A stretch of DNA of 64,000 bases, from contig NC_086097.1 in the NCBI RefSeq assembly GCF_963921235.1, positions 105,526,001 to 105,590,000 of the forward strand. The letters are read 5' to 3'. Below, one piece after another: positions 23,801-33,836 of the stretch. The notes under the pieces were generated by a model. It did not search any database and was not told where the DNA came from. It saw nothing but the letters and a program-made list of their open reading frames with translations. Made by a program: the position numbers and the translations under genes. The stretch is from Mobula hypostoma. Its lineage: Eukaryota. Position 1 is the stretch's first letter. Each line of letters begins with the position of its first letter.

Positions 23801-26800
23801 TCGCCTCAAGTCTCTAGCCTCCAGCCTCCAGCCTCGCCTCAAGTCTCCAGCCTCCAGCCTCACCTCAAGTCTCCAGCCTCCAGCCTCCAGCCTCGCCTCA
23901 AGTCTCCAGCCTCCAGCCTCGCCTCAAGTCTCCAGCCTCCAGCCATGCCTCAAGTCTCCAGCCTCCAGCCTCCAGCCTCACCTCAAGTCTCCAGTCTCCA
24001 GCCTCGCCGCAAGTCTCCAGCCTCCAGCCTCGCCTCAAGTCTCCAGCCTCCAGCCGCGCCTCAAGTCTCCAGCCTCCATCCTCCAGCCTCGCCTCAAGTC
24101 TCCATCCTCCAGCCTCACCTCAAGTCTCCAGCCTCCAGCCTCGCCTCGTCTCCAGCCTCCAGCCTCGCCTCAAGTCTCCAGCCTCCAGCCTCCAGCCTCT
24201 CCTCAAGTCTCCAGCCTCGCCTCATGTCTCCATCCTCCAGCCTCGCCTCAAGTCTCCATCCTCCAGCCTCGCCTCAAGTCTCCAGCCTCCAGCCTCGCCT
24301 CGTCTCCAGCCTCCAGCCTCGCCTCAAGTCTCCAGCCTCCAGCCTCGCCTCAAGTCTCCAGCCTCCAGCCTCGCATCTCCAGCCTCCAGCCTCGCCTCAA
24401 GTCTCCAGCCTCCAGCCTCGCCTCAAGTCTTCAGCCTCCAGCCTCGCCTCAAGTCTCTAGCCTCCAGCCTCCAGCCTCGCCTCAAGTCTCCAGCCTCCAG
24501 CCTCGCCTCAAGTCTCCAGCCTCCAGCCTCACCTCAAGTCTCCAGCCTCCAGCCTCCAGCCTCGCCTCAAGTCTCCAGCCTCCAGCCTCGCCTCAAGTCT
24601 CCAGCCTCCAGCCTCGCCTCAAGTCTCCAGCCTCCAGCCATGCCTCAAGTCTCCAGCCTCCAGCCTCCAGCCTCACCTCAAGTCTCCAGCCTCCAGCCTC
24701 GCCTCAAGTCTCCATCCTCCAGCCTCGCCTCAAGTCTCCAGCCTCCAGCCGCGCCTCAAGTCTCCAGCCTCCATCCTCCAGCCTCGCCTCAAGTCTCCAG
24801 CCTCCAGCCTTGCCTCAAGTCTCCAGCCTCCAACCGCGCCTCAAGTCTCCAGCCTCCAGCCTCGCCTCAAGTCTCCAGCATCCAGCCTCCAGTCTCACCT
24901 CAAGTCTCCAGCCTCCAGCCTCGCCTCAAGTCTCCAGCCTCCAGCCTCGCCTCAAGTCTCCAGCCTCGCCTCAAGTCTCCAGCCTCCAGCCGCGCCTCAA
25001 GTCTCCAGCCTCCATCCTCCAGCCTCGCCTCCAGTCTCCAGCCTCCAGCCTCCAGCCTCGCCTCAAGTCTCCAGCCTCCAGCCTCGCCTCAAGTCTCCAG
25101 CCTCCAGCCTCCAGCCTCGCCTCAAGTCTCCAGCCTCCAGCCTCGCCTCAAGTCTCCAGCCTCCAGCCTCGTCTCCAGCCTCCAGCCTCGCCTCAAGTCT
25201 CCAGCCTCCAGCCTCGCCTCATGTCTCCATCCTCCAGCCTCGCCTCAAGTCTCCAGCCTCACCTCGTCTCCAGCTTCCAGCCTCGCCCCGTCTCCAGCCT
25301 CCAGCCTCGCCTCAAGTCTCCAGCCTCCAGCCTCGCCTCGTCTCCAGCCTCCAGCCTCGCCTCGTATCCAGCCTCCAGCCTCGCCTCGTCTCCAGCCTCA
25401 AGTCTCCATCCTCCAGCCTCGCCTCAAGTCTCCAGCCTCGCCTCGTCTCCAGCCTCCAGCCTCGCCTCGTCTCCAGCCTCCAGCCTCGCCTCGTCTCCAG
25501 CCTCCAGCCTCGCCTCAAGTCTCCAGCCTCCAGCCTCGCCTCAAGTCTTCAGCCTCCAGCCTCGCCTCAAGTCTCTAGCCTGCAGCCTCCAGCCTCGCCT
25601 CAAGTCTCCAGCCTCCAGCCTCGCCTCAAGTCTCCAGCCTCCAGCCTCACCTCAAGTCTCCAGCCTCCAGCCTCCAGCCTCGCCTCAAGTCTCCAGCCTC
25701 CAGCCTCGCCTCAAGTCTCCAGCCTCCAGCCATGCCTCAAGTCTCCAGCCTCCAGCCTCCAGCCTCACCTCAAGTCTCCAGTCTCCAGCCTCGCCGCAAG
25801 TCTCCAGCCTCCAGCCTCCAGCCTCGCCTCAAGTCTCCAGCCTCCAGCCTCGCCTCAAGTCTCCAGCCTCCAGCCGCGCCTCAAGTCTCCAGCCTCCATC
25901 CTCCAGCCTCGCCTCAAGTCTCCATCCTCCAGCCTCACCTCAAGTCTCCAGCCTCCAGCCTCGCCTCGTCTCCAGCCTCCAGCCTCGCCTCAAGTCTCCA
26001 GCCTCCAGCCTCCAGCCTCACCTCAAGTCTCCAGCCTCGCCTCATGTCTCCATCCTCCAGCCTCGCCTCAAGTCTCCATCCTCCAGCCTCGCCTCAAGTC
26101 TCCAGCCTCCAGCCTCGCCTCGTCTCCAGCCTCCAGCCTCGCCTCAAGTCTCCAGCCTCCAGCCTCGCCTCAAGTCTCCAGCCTCCAGCCTCGCATCTCC
26201 AGCCTCCAGCCTCGCCTCAAGGCTCCAGCCGCCAGCCTCGCCTCAAGTCTTCAGCCTCCAGCCTCGCCTCAAGTCTCTAGCCTCCAGCCTCCAGCCTCGC
26301 CTCAAGTCTCCAGCCTCCAGCCTCGCCTCAAGTCTCCAGCCTCCAGCCTCACCTCAAGTCTCCAGCCTCCAGCCTCCAGCCTCGCCTCAAGTCTCCAGCC
26401 TCCAGCCTCGCCTCAAGTCTCCAGCCTCCAGCCATGCCTCAAGTCTCCAGCCTCCAGCCTCCAGCCTCACCTCAAGTCTCCAGCTTCCAGCCTCGCCTCA
26501 AGTCTCCAGCCTCCATCCTCCAGCCTCGCCTCAAGTCTCCATCCTCCAGCCTCACCTCAAGTCTCCAGCCTCCAGCCTCGCCTCGTCTCCAGCCTCCAGC
26601 CTCGCCTCAAGTCTCCAGCCTCCAGCCTCCAGCCTCACCTCAAGTCTCCAGCCTCGCCTCATGTCTCCATCCTCCAGCCTCGCCTCAAGTCTCCATCCTC
26701 CAGCCTCGCCTCAAGTCTCCAGCCTCCAGCCTCGCCTCGTCTCCAGCCTCCAGCCTCGCCTCAAGTCTCCAGCCTCCAGCCTCGCCTCAAGTCTCCAGCC

Positions 26801-29735
26801 TCCAGCCTCGCATCTCCAGCCTCCAGCCTCGCATCTCCAGCCTCCAGCCTCGCCTCAAGTCTCCAGCCTCCAGCCTCGCCTCAAGTCTCCAGCCTCCAGC
26901 CTCCAGCCTCACCTCAAGTCTCCAGTCTCCAGCCTCGCCGCAAGTCTCCAGCCTCCAGCCTCCAGCCTCGCCTCAAGTCTCCAGCCTCCAGCCTCGCCTC
27001 AGGTCTCCAGCCTCCAGCCGCGCCTCAAGTCTCCAGCCTCCATCCTCCAGCCTCGCCTCAAGTCTCCATCCTCCAGCCTCACCTCAAGTCTCCAGCCTCC
27101 AGCCTCGCCTCGTCTCCAGCCTCCAGCCTCGCCTCAAGTCTCCAGCCTCCAGCCTCCAGCCTCACCTCAAGTCTCCAGCCTCGCCTCATGTCTCCATCCT
27201 CCAGCCTCGCCTCAAGTCTCCATCCTCCAGCCTCGCCTCAAGTCTCCATCCTCCAGCCTCGCCTCGTCTCCAGCCTCCAGCCTCGCCTCAAGTCTCCAGC
27301 CTCCAGCCTCGCCTCAAGTCTCCAGCCTCCAGCCTCGCATCTCCAGCCTCCAGCCTCGCCTCAAGTCTCCAGCCTCCAGCCTCGCCTCAAGTCTTCAGCC
27401 TCCAGCCTCGCCTCAAGTCTCTAGCCTCCAGCCTCCAGCCTCGCCTCAAGTCTCCAGCCTCCAGCCTCGCCTCAAGTCTCCAGCCTCCAGCCTCACCTCA
27501 AGTCTCCAGCCTCCAGCCTCCAGCCTCGCCTCAAGTCTCCAGCCTCCAGCCTCGCCTCAAGTCTCCAGCCTCCAGCCTCGCCTCAAGTCTCCAGCCTCCA
27601 GCCATGCCTCAAGTCTCCAGCCTCCAGCCTCCAGCCTCACCTCAAGTCTCCAGCTTCCAGCCTCGCCTCAAGTCTCCAGCCTCCAGCCGCGCCTCAAGTC
27701 TCCAGCCTCCATCCTCCAGCCTCGCCTCAAGTCTCCATCCTCCAGCCTCGCCTCAAGTCTCCATCCTCCAGCCTCACCTCAAGTCTCCAGCCTCCAGCCT
27801 CGCCTCGTCTCCAGCCTCCAGCCTCGCCTCAAGTCTCCAGCCTCCAGCCTCCAGCCTCACCTCAAGTCTCCAGCCTCGCCTCATGTCTCCATCCTCCAGC
27901 CTCGCCTCAAGTCTCCATCCTCCAGCCTCGCCTCAAGTCTCCAGCCTCCAGCCTCGCCTCGTCTCCAGCCTCCAGCCTCGCCTCAAGTCTCCAGCCTCCA
28001 GCCTCGCCTCAAGTCTCCAGCCTCCAGCCTCGCATCTCCAGCCTCCAGCCTCGCCTCAAGTCTCCAGCCTCCAGCCTCGCCTCAAGTCTCCAGCCTCCAG
28101 CCTCCAGCCTCACCTCAAGTCTCCAGCCTCCAGCCTCCAGCCTCGCCTCAAGTCTCCAGCCTCCAGCCTCGCCTCAAGTCTCCAGCCTCCAGCCATGCCT
28201 CAAGTCTCCAGCCTCCAGCCTCCAGCCTCACCTCAAGTCTCCAGTCTCCAGCCTCGCCTCAAGTCTCCAGCCTCCAGCCTCCAACCTCGCCTCAAGTCTC
28301 CATCCTCCAGCCTCGCCTCAAGTCTCCATCCTCCAGCCTCGCCTCAAGTCTCCATCCTCCAGCCTCGCCTCAAGTCTCCAGCCTCCAGCCTCGCATCTCC
28401 AGCCTCCAGCCTCGCCTCAAGTCTCCAGCCTCCAGCCTCGCCTCAAGTCTTCAGCCTCCAGCCTCGCCTCAAGTCTCTAGCCTCCAGCCTCCAGCCTCGC
28501 CTCAAGTCTCCAGCCTCCAGCCTCACCTCAAGTCTCCAGCCTCCAGCCTCCAGCCTCGCCTCAAGTCTCCAGCCTCCAGCCTCGCCTCAAGTCTCCAGCC
28601 TCCAGCCATGCCTCGTCTCCAGCCTCCAGCCTCCAGCCTCACCTCAAGTCTCCAGCCTCCAGCCTCGCCTCGTCTCCAGCCTCCAGCCTCGCCTCAAGTC
28701 TCCAGCCTCCAGCCTCCAGCCTCACCTCAAGTCTCCAGCCTCGCCTCATGTCTCCATCCTCCAGCCTCGCCTCAAGTCTCCATCCTCCAGCCTCGCCTCA
28801 AGTCTCCAGCCTCCAGCCTCGCCTCGTCTCCAGCCTCCAGCCTCGCCTCAAGTCTCCAGCCTCCAGCCTCGCCTCAAGTCTCCAGCCTCCAGCCTCGCAT
28901 CTCCAGCCTCCAGCCTCGCATCTCCAGCCTCCAGCCTCGCCTCAAGTCTCCAGCCTCCAGCCTCGCCTCAAGTCTCCAGCCTCCAGCCTCACCTCAAGTC
29001 TCCAGCCTCCAGCCTCCAGCCTCGCCTCAAGTCTCCAGCCTCCAGCCTCGCCTCAAGTCTCCAGCCTCCAGCCTCGCCTCAAGTCTCCAGCCTCCAGCCA
29101 TGCCTCAAGTCTCCAGCCTCCAGCCTCACCTCAAGTCTCCAGTCTCCAGCCTCGCCTCAAGTCTCCAGCCTCCAGCCTCCAACCTCGCCTCAAGTCTCCA
29201 TCCTCCAGCCTCGCCTCAAGTCTCCATCCTCCAGCCTCACCTCAAGTCTCCAGCCTCCAGCCTCGCCTCGTCTCCAGCCTCCAGCCTCGCCTCATCTCCA
29301 GCCTCCAGCCTCGCCTCAAGTCTCCAGCCTCCAGCCTCCAGCCTCGCCTCAAGTCTCCAGCCTTGCCTCATGTCTCCATCCTCCAGCCTCACCTCAAGTC
29401 TCCAGCCTCCAGCCTCGCCTCGTCTCCAGCCTCCAGCCTCGCCTCAAGTCTCCAGCCTCCAGCCTCGCCTCAAGTCTCCAGCCTCCAGCCTCGCATCTCC
29501 AGCCTCCAGCCTCGCATCTCCAGCCTCCAGCCTCGCCTCAAGGCTCTTTCCTCCAGCCTCCAGTCTCGCCTCAAGGCTCTTTCCTCCAGCCTCCAGCCTC
29601 GCCTCAAGTCTCCAGCCTCCAGCCTCGCCTCAAGGCTCCAACCTCCAGCCTCTAGCCTCGCCTCAAGGCTCCAGCCTCCAGCCTCGCCTCAAGGCTCCAG
29701 CCTCCAGCCTCCAGCCTCGCCTCAAGTCTCCAGCA
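5872..29735. repeat. ~23.9-kb modular satellite: CTCAAGT-(CTCCAGC)n-CTCGC, units mostly 19/26/33 bp
   Basis: Continuous array read directly. Variants include CTCAC, CTCGT, CTCCATC, ATCCAGC, CTCATGT, CTCTAGC. Strongly C-rich plus strand. Confidence 0.98.
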
Positions 29736-29787
29736 TCTGCCAAACCTTGCCTCGTATGTTGCCTAGCCTCGAGCCTGTAGACTCCAG

Positions 29788-29930
29788 CCTCTAGCTTCTA
29801 GCCTCTTGCCAAACCCAGCCAAGTCTCTAACCTCTAGCTTCTAGCCTCTTGCCAAGCCCAGCCAAGTCTCTAGCCTCTAGCTTCTAGCCTCTTGCCAAGC
29901 CAAGCCAAGTCCCTAGCCTCTAGCTTCTAG
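29788..29930. repeat. 43-bp tandem repeat (~3.3 copies) at the 3' edge of the array
   Basis: CCTCTAGCTTCTAGCCTCTTGCCAARCCCAGCCAAGTCTCTAR starting at 29788, 29831, 29874 and 29917. Confidence 0.9.
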
Positions 29931-30271
29931 TCTGAAGACTCCAGCCTCATCCTGCCTGCCTGCCACGCCTCGGCCTTGCCTAGTTCTGGGGTCCGAGCCA
30001 GAGGCAAGACCCAGGTCCTGGGTCGTTGTCCAGTCTCCAGCTCAGAGTCCAAGCCCAGGCTCCCAGCTCTCTTGTTCAGTCCTGTTCCAGGTTCCTGGTC
30101 TTCCTGTCCATGTCCTTGCCATCGCCCTTTATCCTGGTCCTGTCCCTAGTACTTCAGTGTCTGTGTCTTGCACTTGGGTCCATTCCCAGCACCGCCTTAT
30201 GACAAAATCTGGCTTTACTCCATGCACTTCCTTCAGTGCTCTATCTCTCCGGGTCCCATCCCCCTCGCAAA

Positions 30272-31202
30272 TTAGTTTAAACCCTCCCAAACCATGCCAG
30301 CAAACCTACCTGCAAGGATATTGTTCCCCCTCGAGTTCAGGTGCAACCCATCCAATCTGTACAGGTCCCACCTTCCCCAGAAGAGATCCCAATGATCCAA
30401 AAATCTAAAACCCTGCTCCCTGCACCAACTCCTCAGCCACGCATTCAACTGCCATCTCCTCCAATTCTTACCATCACTGTCACGTAGCACTGGCAGCAAT
30501 CCTGAGAACGCCACCCTTGAGGTCCTGTTCTTCAGCCTTCTGCCTAGTTCCCGAAACTCACACTTCAGGACCTCATCCCTCTTCCTGCCTATGTTGTTGG
30601 TACCAACATGTATCACGACTTCTTGTTGCTTTCCCTCTTGTACCAGGATGTCGTGCACCCGGTCAGAGACATCCCGGACCCTGGCACCCAGGAGGCAACA
30701 AACCATGCAGGTGTCCTTCTCACGTCCACAAAATCTCCTGTCTGCTCCCCTGACTATAGAGTCTCCAATGATGACAGCTCTCCTCTTCTTCTCCCACCCT
30801 TCTGCACCACAAGGTCAGACTCAGTGCCAGAGGCCCTGCCATCGTGGCTCACACCTGGTCGGTTGTCCCCGTCAACAGTATCCAGGATAGTAAACTTATT
30901 ATTCAGGGGAATGGCTACAGGGGTGCTCTGCACTACCTGTCTGCTCACCTTCGCTTTCCCCCCTTTGACTGTCACCCAACAACCTGCCTAGGTGTGACTG
31001 CCTCCCTGTGGCTCTCATCTATGACTGCCTCATTCTCCCTTATGAGTCGAAGGTCATCCAGCTGCTGCTCCAGATTCCTTACATGGTCTTCCAGATCGCC
31101 CAGCCATATGCACTTCTGGCAGATGTGACCCTGCAGGAGAGGGGAGTTCCCCCAGGACTGCCACAACTCACATGAGAGGCACATCACTGTCTCAGGAGGC
31201 AT
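30272..31202 (-). pseudogene. CR1-A ORF1 (zinc finger/leucine zipper plus SGNH esterase-like domain), frameshifted
   Basis: CLSC...HICQKC followed by heptad LEDHVRNLEQQLDDL; IPLNNKFTIL; VIIGDSIVRG at ~30747-30780; HVGTNNI; DGLHLN, spread over three frames. Confidence 0.9.
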
Positions 31203-31309
31203 TGTGAAGACTAACTGCGAGCAAGCTTGTCCTCCGCCTGTTCTCATCAAAGCCTCAAAGCTCCACTCCTTCACTGGCCCACTCACTCACTGGCCGCTTG
31301 TCTGTATCC

Positions 31310-32250
31310 CGTCACAGTGGGGATGCTGGTGACGGGAATGGACCCAAATGCAAGACACAGACACTGAAGTAGAAGATACAGGACTTGACTAGAGTAGGGA
31401 CGTGACAGGATACAGACAAGGAGCAGGGACAAGAATGCAGACTTGGGCTTCAACTGCGAGCCAGAGTCTGGAGAAGGACCCAGCACCTGAGCCTTGCCTC
31501 GGGCTCGGGCCCCAGAACCAGGCATGGACATGATATGTCTGCATGACTGGAGGCTGGGGTCTTGAGGCTTGAGGCTTGGAGACAGGGTTGGGGTCTTGAG
31601 GCTTGAGGCTTGGACACAGGCTTGGGGACATGAGTCTGGAGGCTCGGAGACAGGCTTGGGGACATGAGTCTGGAGGCTCGGAGACAGGCTTGGTGTCCTG
31701 AGGCTTGAGGCTTGGAGACAAGCTTGGTGTCCTGAGGCTTGAGGCTTGGAGACAGGCTTGGGGTTTTGATGCTGGAGGCTTGGAGACAGGCTTGGGGTCT
31801 TGAGGCTGGAGGCTTGGAGACAGGCTTGGGGTCTTGAGGCTTGAGGCTTGGAGACAGGCTTGGGGTTTTGATGCTGGAGGCTTGGAGACAGGCTTGGGGT
31901 CTTGAGGCTTGAGACTTGCAGACAGGCTTGGGGCTTGGGTCTTGGAATGCGGAGGCTGATAACTCAGAGTCTGGAGCCCTGAGACAGACTTGGAACTCTA
32001 CATCAACATGGAGCCAGGACTTATCGTTCGAAAAGCTGGGAATCATCTTCAACATGACACCAACATTAGACAGGACAGTAGATAGACATAGAGCCCGGAC
32101 TTATACTTAGACAAGCCGGGACTCAACTTCATCTGCACACCAAGGTGGACAGGACCATCCGTCAGGTAACGGCAGAATGGCCCGACTTACCCAACAGAGG
32201 CAAAGACAAAACACGACAAGACAGATCCCTCCACAGGGTGCTGGGTCTCT
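31310..32250 (-). mobile_element. Partial LTR (unit U3), paralogue of 145-874 with a longer internal repeat
   Basis: Colinear with 145-874 from CGTCACAGTG to GGGTGCTGGGTCTCT. GAGGCTTGGAGACAGGCTTGGGG-type repeats span ~31550-31935. Confidence 0.8.
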
Positions 32251-32713
32251 AATCACCATAGAGTGAATAAGTTCCCATTCTGTTATCACCATAGGTTGTA
32301 TATTTTGCCATTCTGCAATCACCATAGGGTGAACAGTTTCCCATTCTGTAATCTGCATACAGTGTATAGTTTCCCATTCTGTCATCACCATGGGGTGAAC
32401 AGTTTCCCAATTTGTAATCACACTAGGGTGAACAGTTTCCTATTCTGTAATCACCGAAGGGCGTATAGTTCGCACTCTGTAATCACCAAACAGTGAGCAG
32501 TTTCCCATTCTGTAATCACCGTAGTGTGAACATTTTCCCATTCTGTAATCACCATAGGTGTATTGTTTCCCATTCTGTAATCACAATTGAGGGAACAGTT
32601 TCTCATTCTGTAATCACCGTATTGTGTATAGTTTCCCATTCTATAATCACCATAGAATGAACAGCATTCTATTCTGTAATCAGCATTGTGTGAACAGTTT
32701 TCCGTTGTGTAAT
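32251..32713. repeat. 33-bp minisatellite, degenerate units
   Basis: About 14 diverged AATCACCATAGGGTGAACAGTTTCCCATTCTGT units. Confidence 0.95.
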
Positions 32714-33836
32714 CATAAGACCATAAGACAAAGGAGCAGAAATCGGCCATTCGTCCCACTCCCCTGCCTTCTCACCATAACCTTTGATGTCCTGGATACT
32801 CAGGTACCTATCAATCTCTGCCTTAAATACACCCAATGACGTGGCCTCCACTCCCGCCCGTGGCAACAAATTCTATAGATTCACCACCCTCTAAAAAAAT
32901 TTCTTCGCATTTCTGTTCTGAATGGGCGCCCTTCACTCCTTAAGTCATGCCCTCTCGTACTAGACTCCCTCATCATGGGAAACAGCTTTGCCACATCCAC
33001 TCTGTTCATGCCTTTCAACATTCGAAATGTTTCTATGCGGTCTCCCCTCATTTTTCTAAACTCCAAGGAATACAGTCCAAGACCGGACAAACATTCCTCA
33101 TATGTTAACCCTCTCATTCCCGGAATTATTCGAGTGAATCTTCTCTGTACACTTTCCAATGTCAGCACATCCTTTCTTAAATAAGGAGACCAAAACTGCC
33201 CACAGTACTCCAAGTGAGGTCTCACCAGCGCCTTATAGAGCCTCAACATCACATCCCTGCTCCTATACTCTATTCCTCTAGAAACGAATGCCAACATTGC
33301 ATTCGCCTTCTTCACCACCGACTCAACCTGGAGGTTAACCTTAAGGGTATAGAAACATAGAAACATAGAAAATAGGTGCAGGAGTAGGCCATTCGGCCCT
33401 TCGAGCCTGCACCGCCATTTATTATGATCATGGCTGATCATCCAACTCAGAACCCAGCCTTCCCTCCATACCCCCTGACCCCTGTAGCCACAAGAGCCAT
33501 ATCTAACTTCCTTTTAAACATAGCTAATGAACTGGCCTCAACAGTTTGCTGTGGCAGAGAATTCCACAGATTCACCAACCTGTACAAGGACTCCCAAGTC
33601 CCGTTGCATCTCAGAACTTTGAATTCTTTCCCCATTTAAATAATAGTCCGCCCATTTACTTCTTCCTCCAAAGTGCATAACCATACACTTTCCAACATTC
33701 TATTTCATTTGCCACTTCCTTGCCCATTCTTCCAATCTATCCGTCTCTCTGCAGACTCTCCGTTTCCTCAGCACTACCGGCCCCTCCACCTATCTTCGTA
33801 TCATCAGCAAACTTAGCCACAAAGCCATCTATTCCA
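32714..33836 (-). mobile_element. CR1 LINE copy C (third family), 5'-truncated, interrupted at 33350-33577
   Basis: (CATAAGAC)n tail at 32714. Minus-strand DGFVAKFADDTKIGG near 33790-33830; KKANAMLAF, RPHLEYCGQFWSP, TRGHDLR. Confidence 0.9.
33350..33577 (-). mobile_element. Short 3' fragment of the CR1-B family nested in CR1-C
   Basis: TAGAAACATAGAAACATAGAAAATAGGTGCAGGAGTAGGCC... is near-identical to ~1431-1665. Confidence 0.93.

Larger units (their letters stand above)
5306..30204 (+). mobile_element. Solo LTR-like element (probably Gypsy/Ty3), expanded to 24,899 bp by an internal tandem array
   Basis: Ends TGTCATA (5306-5312) and TATGACA (30198-30204) form a 7-bp inverted repeat. AAATC lies directly on both sides (5301-5305, 30205-30209). 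Removing the element and one AAATC gives TATGTTAAATCTGGCTTTACTCC, matching copy D at ~43346 (TATGTTAGATCTGGCTTTACTCC). No coding domains. Superfamily and strand are inferred. Confidence 0.85.
1087..31305 (-). mobile_element. CR1 LINE copy A, near full length (~3.9 kb net: 1087-1428, 2834-5305, 30210-~31305), split by two nested insertions
   Basis: (CATAGAA)n tail at 1087, then RT, APE endonuclease and ORF1 in order on the minus strand. Colinear with uninterrupted copy D (40445-43742) across both breakpoints. 5' end approximate. Confidence 0.92.

Noticed and set aside
5466..29794. Giant Ser/Pro/Gln/Leu-rich ORFs (1947, 5177, 2384, 2598, 2796 aa) as a mucin-like or structural protein gene
   Set aside because: All three plus frames are open and encode the same peptides, because the repeat words lack stops. 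7-bp indels switch frame freely, stops arise only from the rare CTCTAG-type variants, and there is no domain structure. The array lies inside an LTR inside a LINE.
5306..30204. DNA transposon (MITE-like) or full-length provirus interpretation
   Set aside because: The inverted termini are only 7 bp with TG...CA ends and a 5-bp TSD. The two ends are not direct repeats and there is no gag, pol or transposase. A solo LTR fits best, though no database check was possible.
32881..33441. 186-aa ORF with a novel N-terminus fused to an RT C-terminus
   Set aside because: Chance read-through from the nested B-family 3' UTR and tail into CR1-C.
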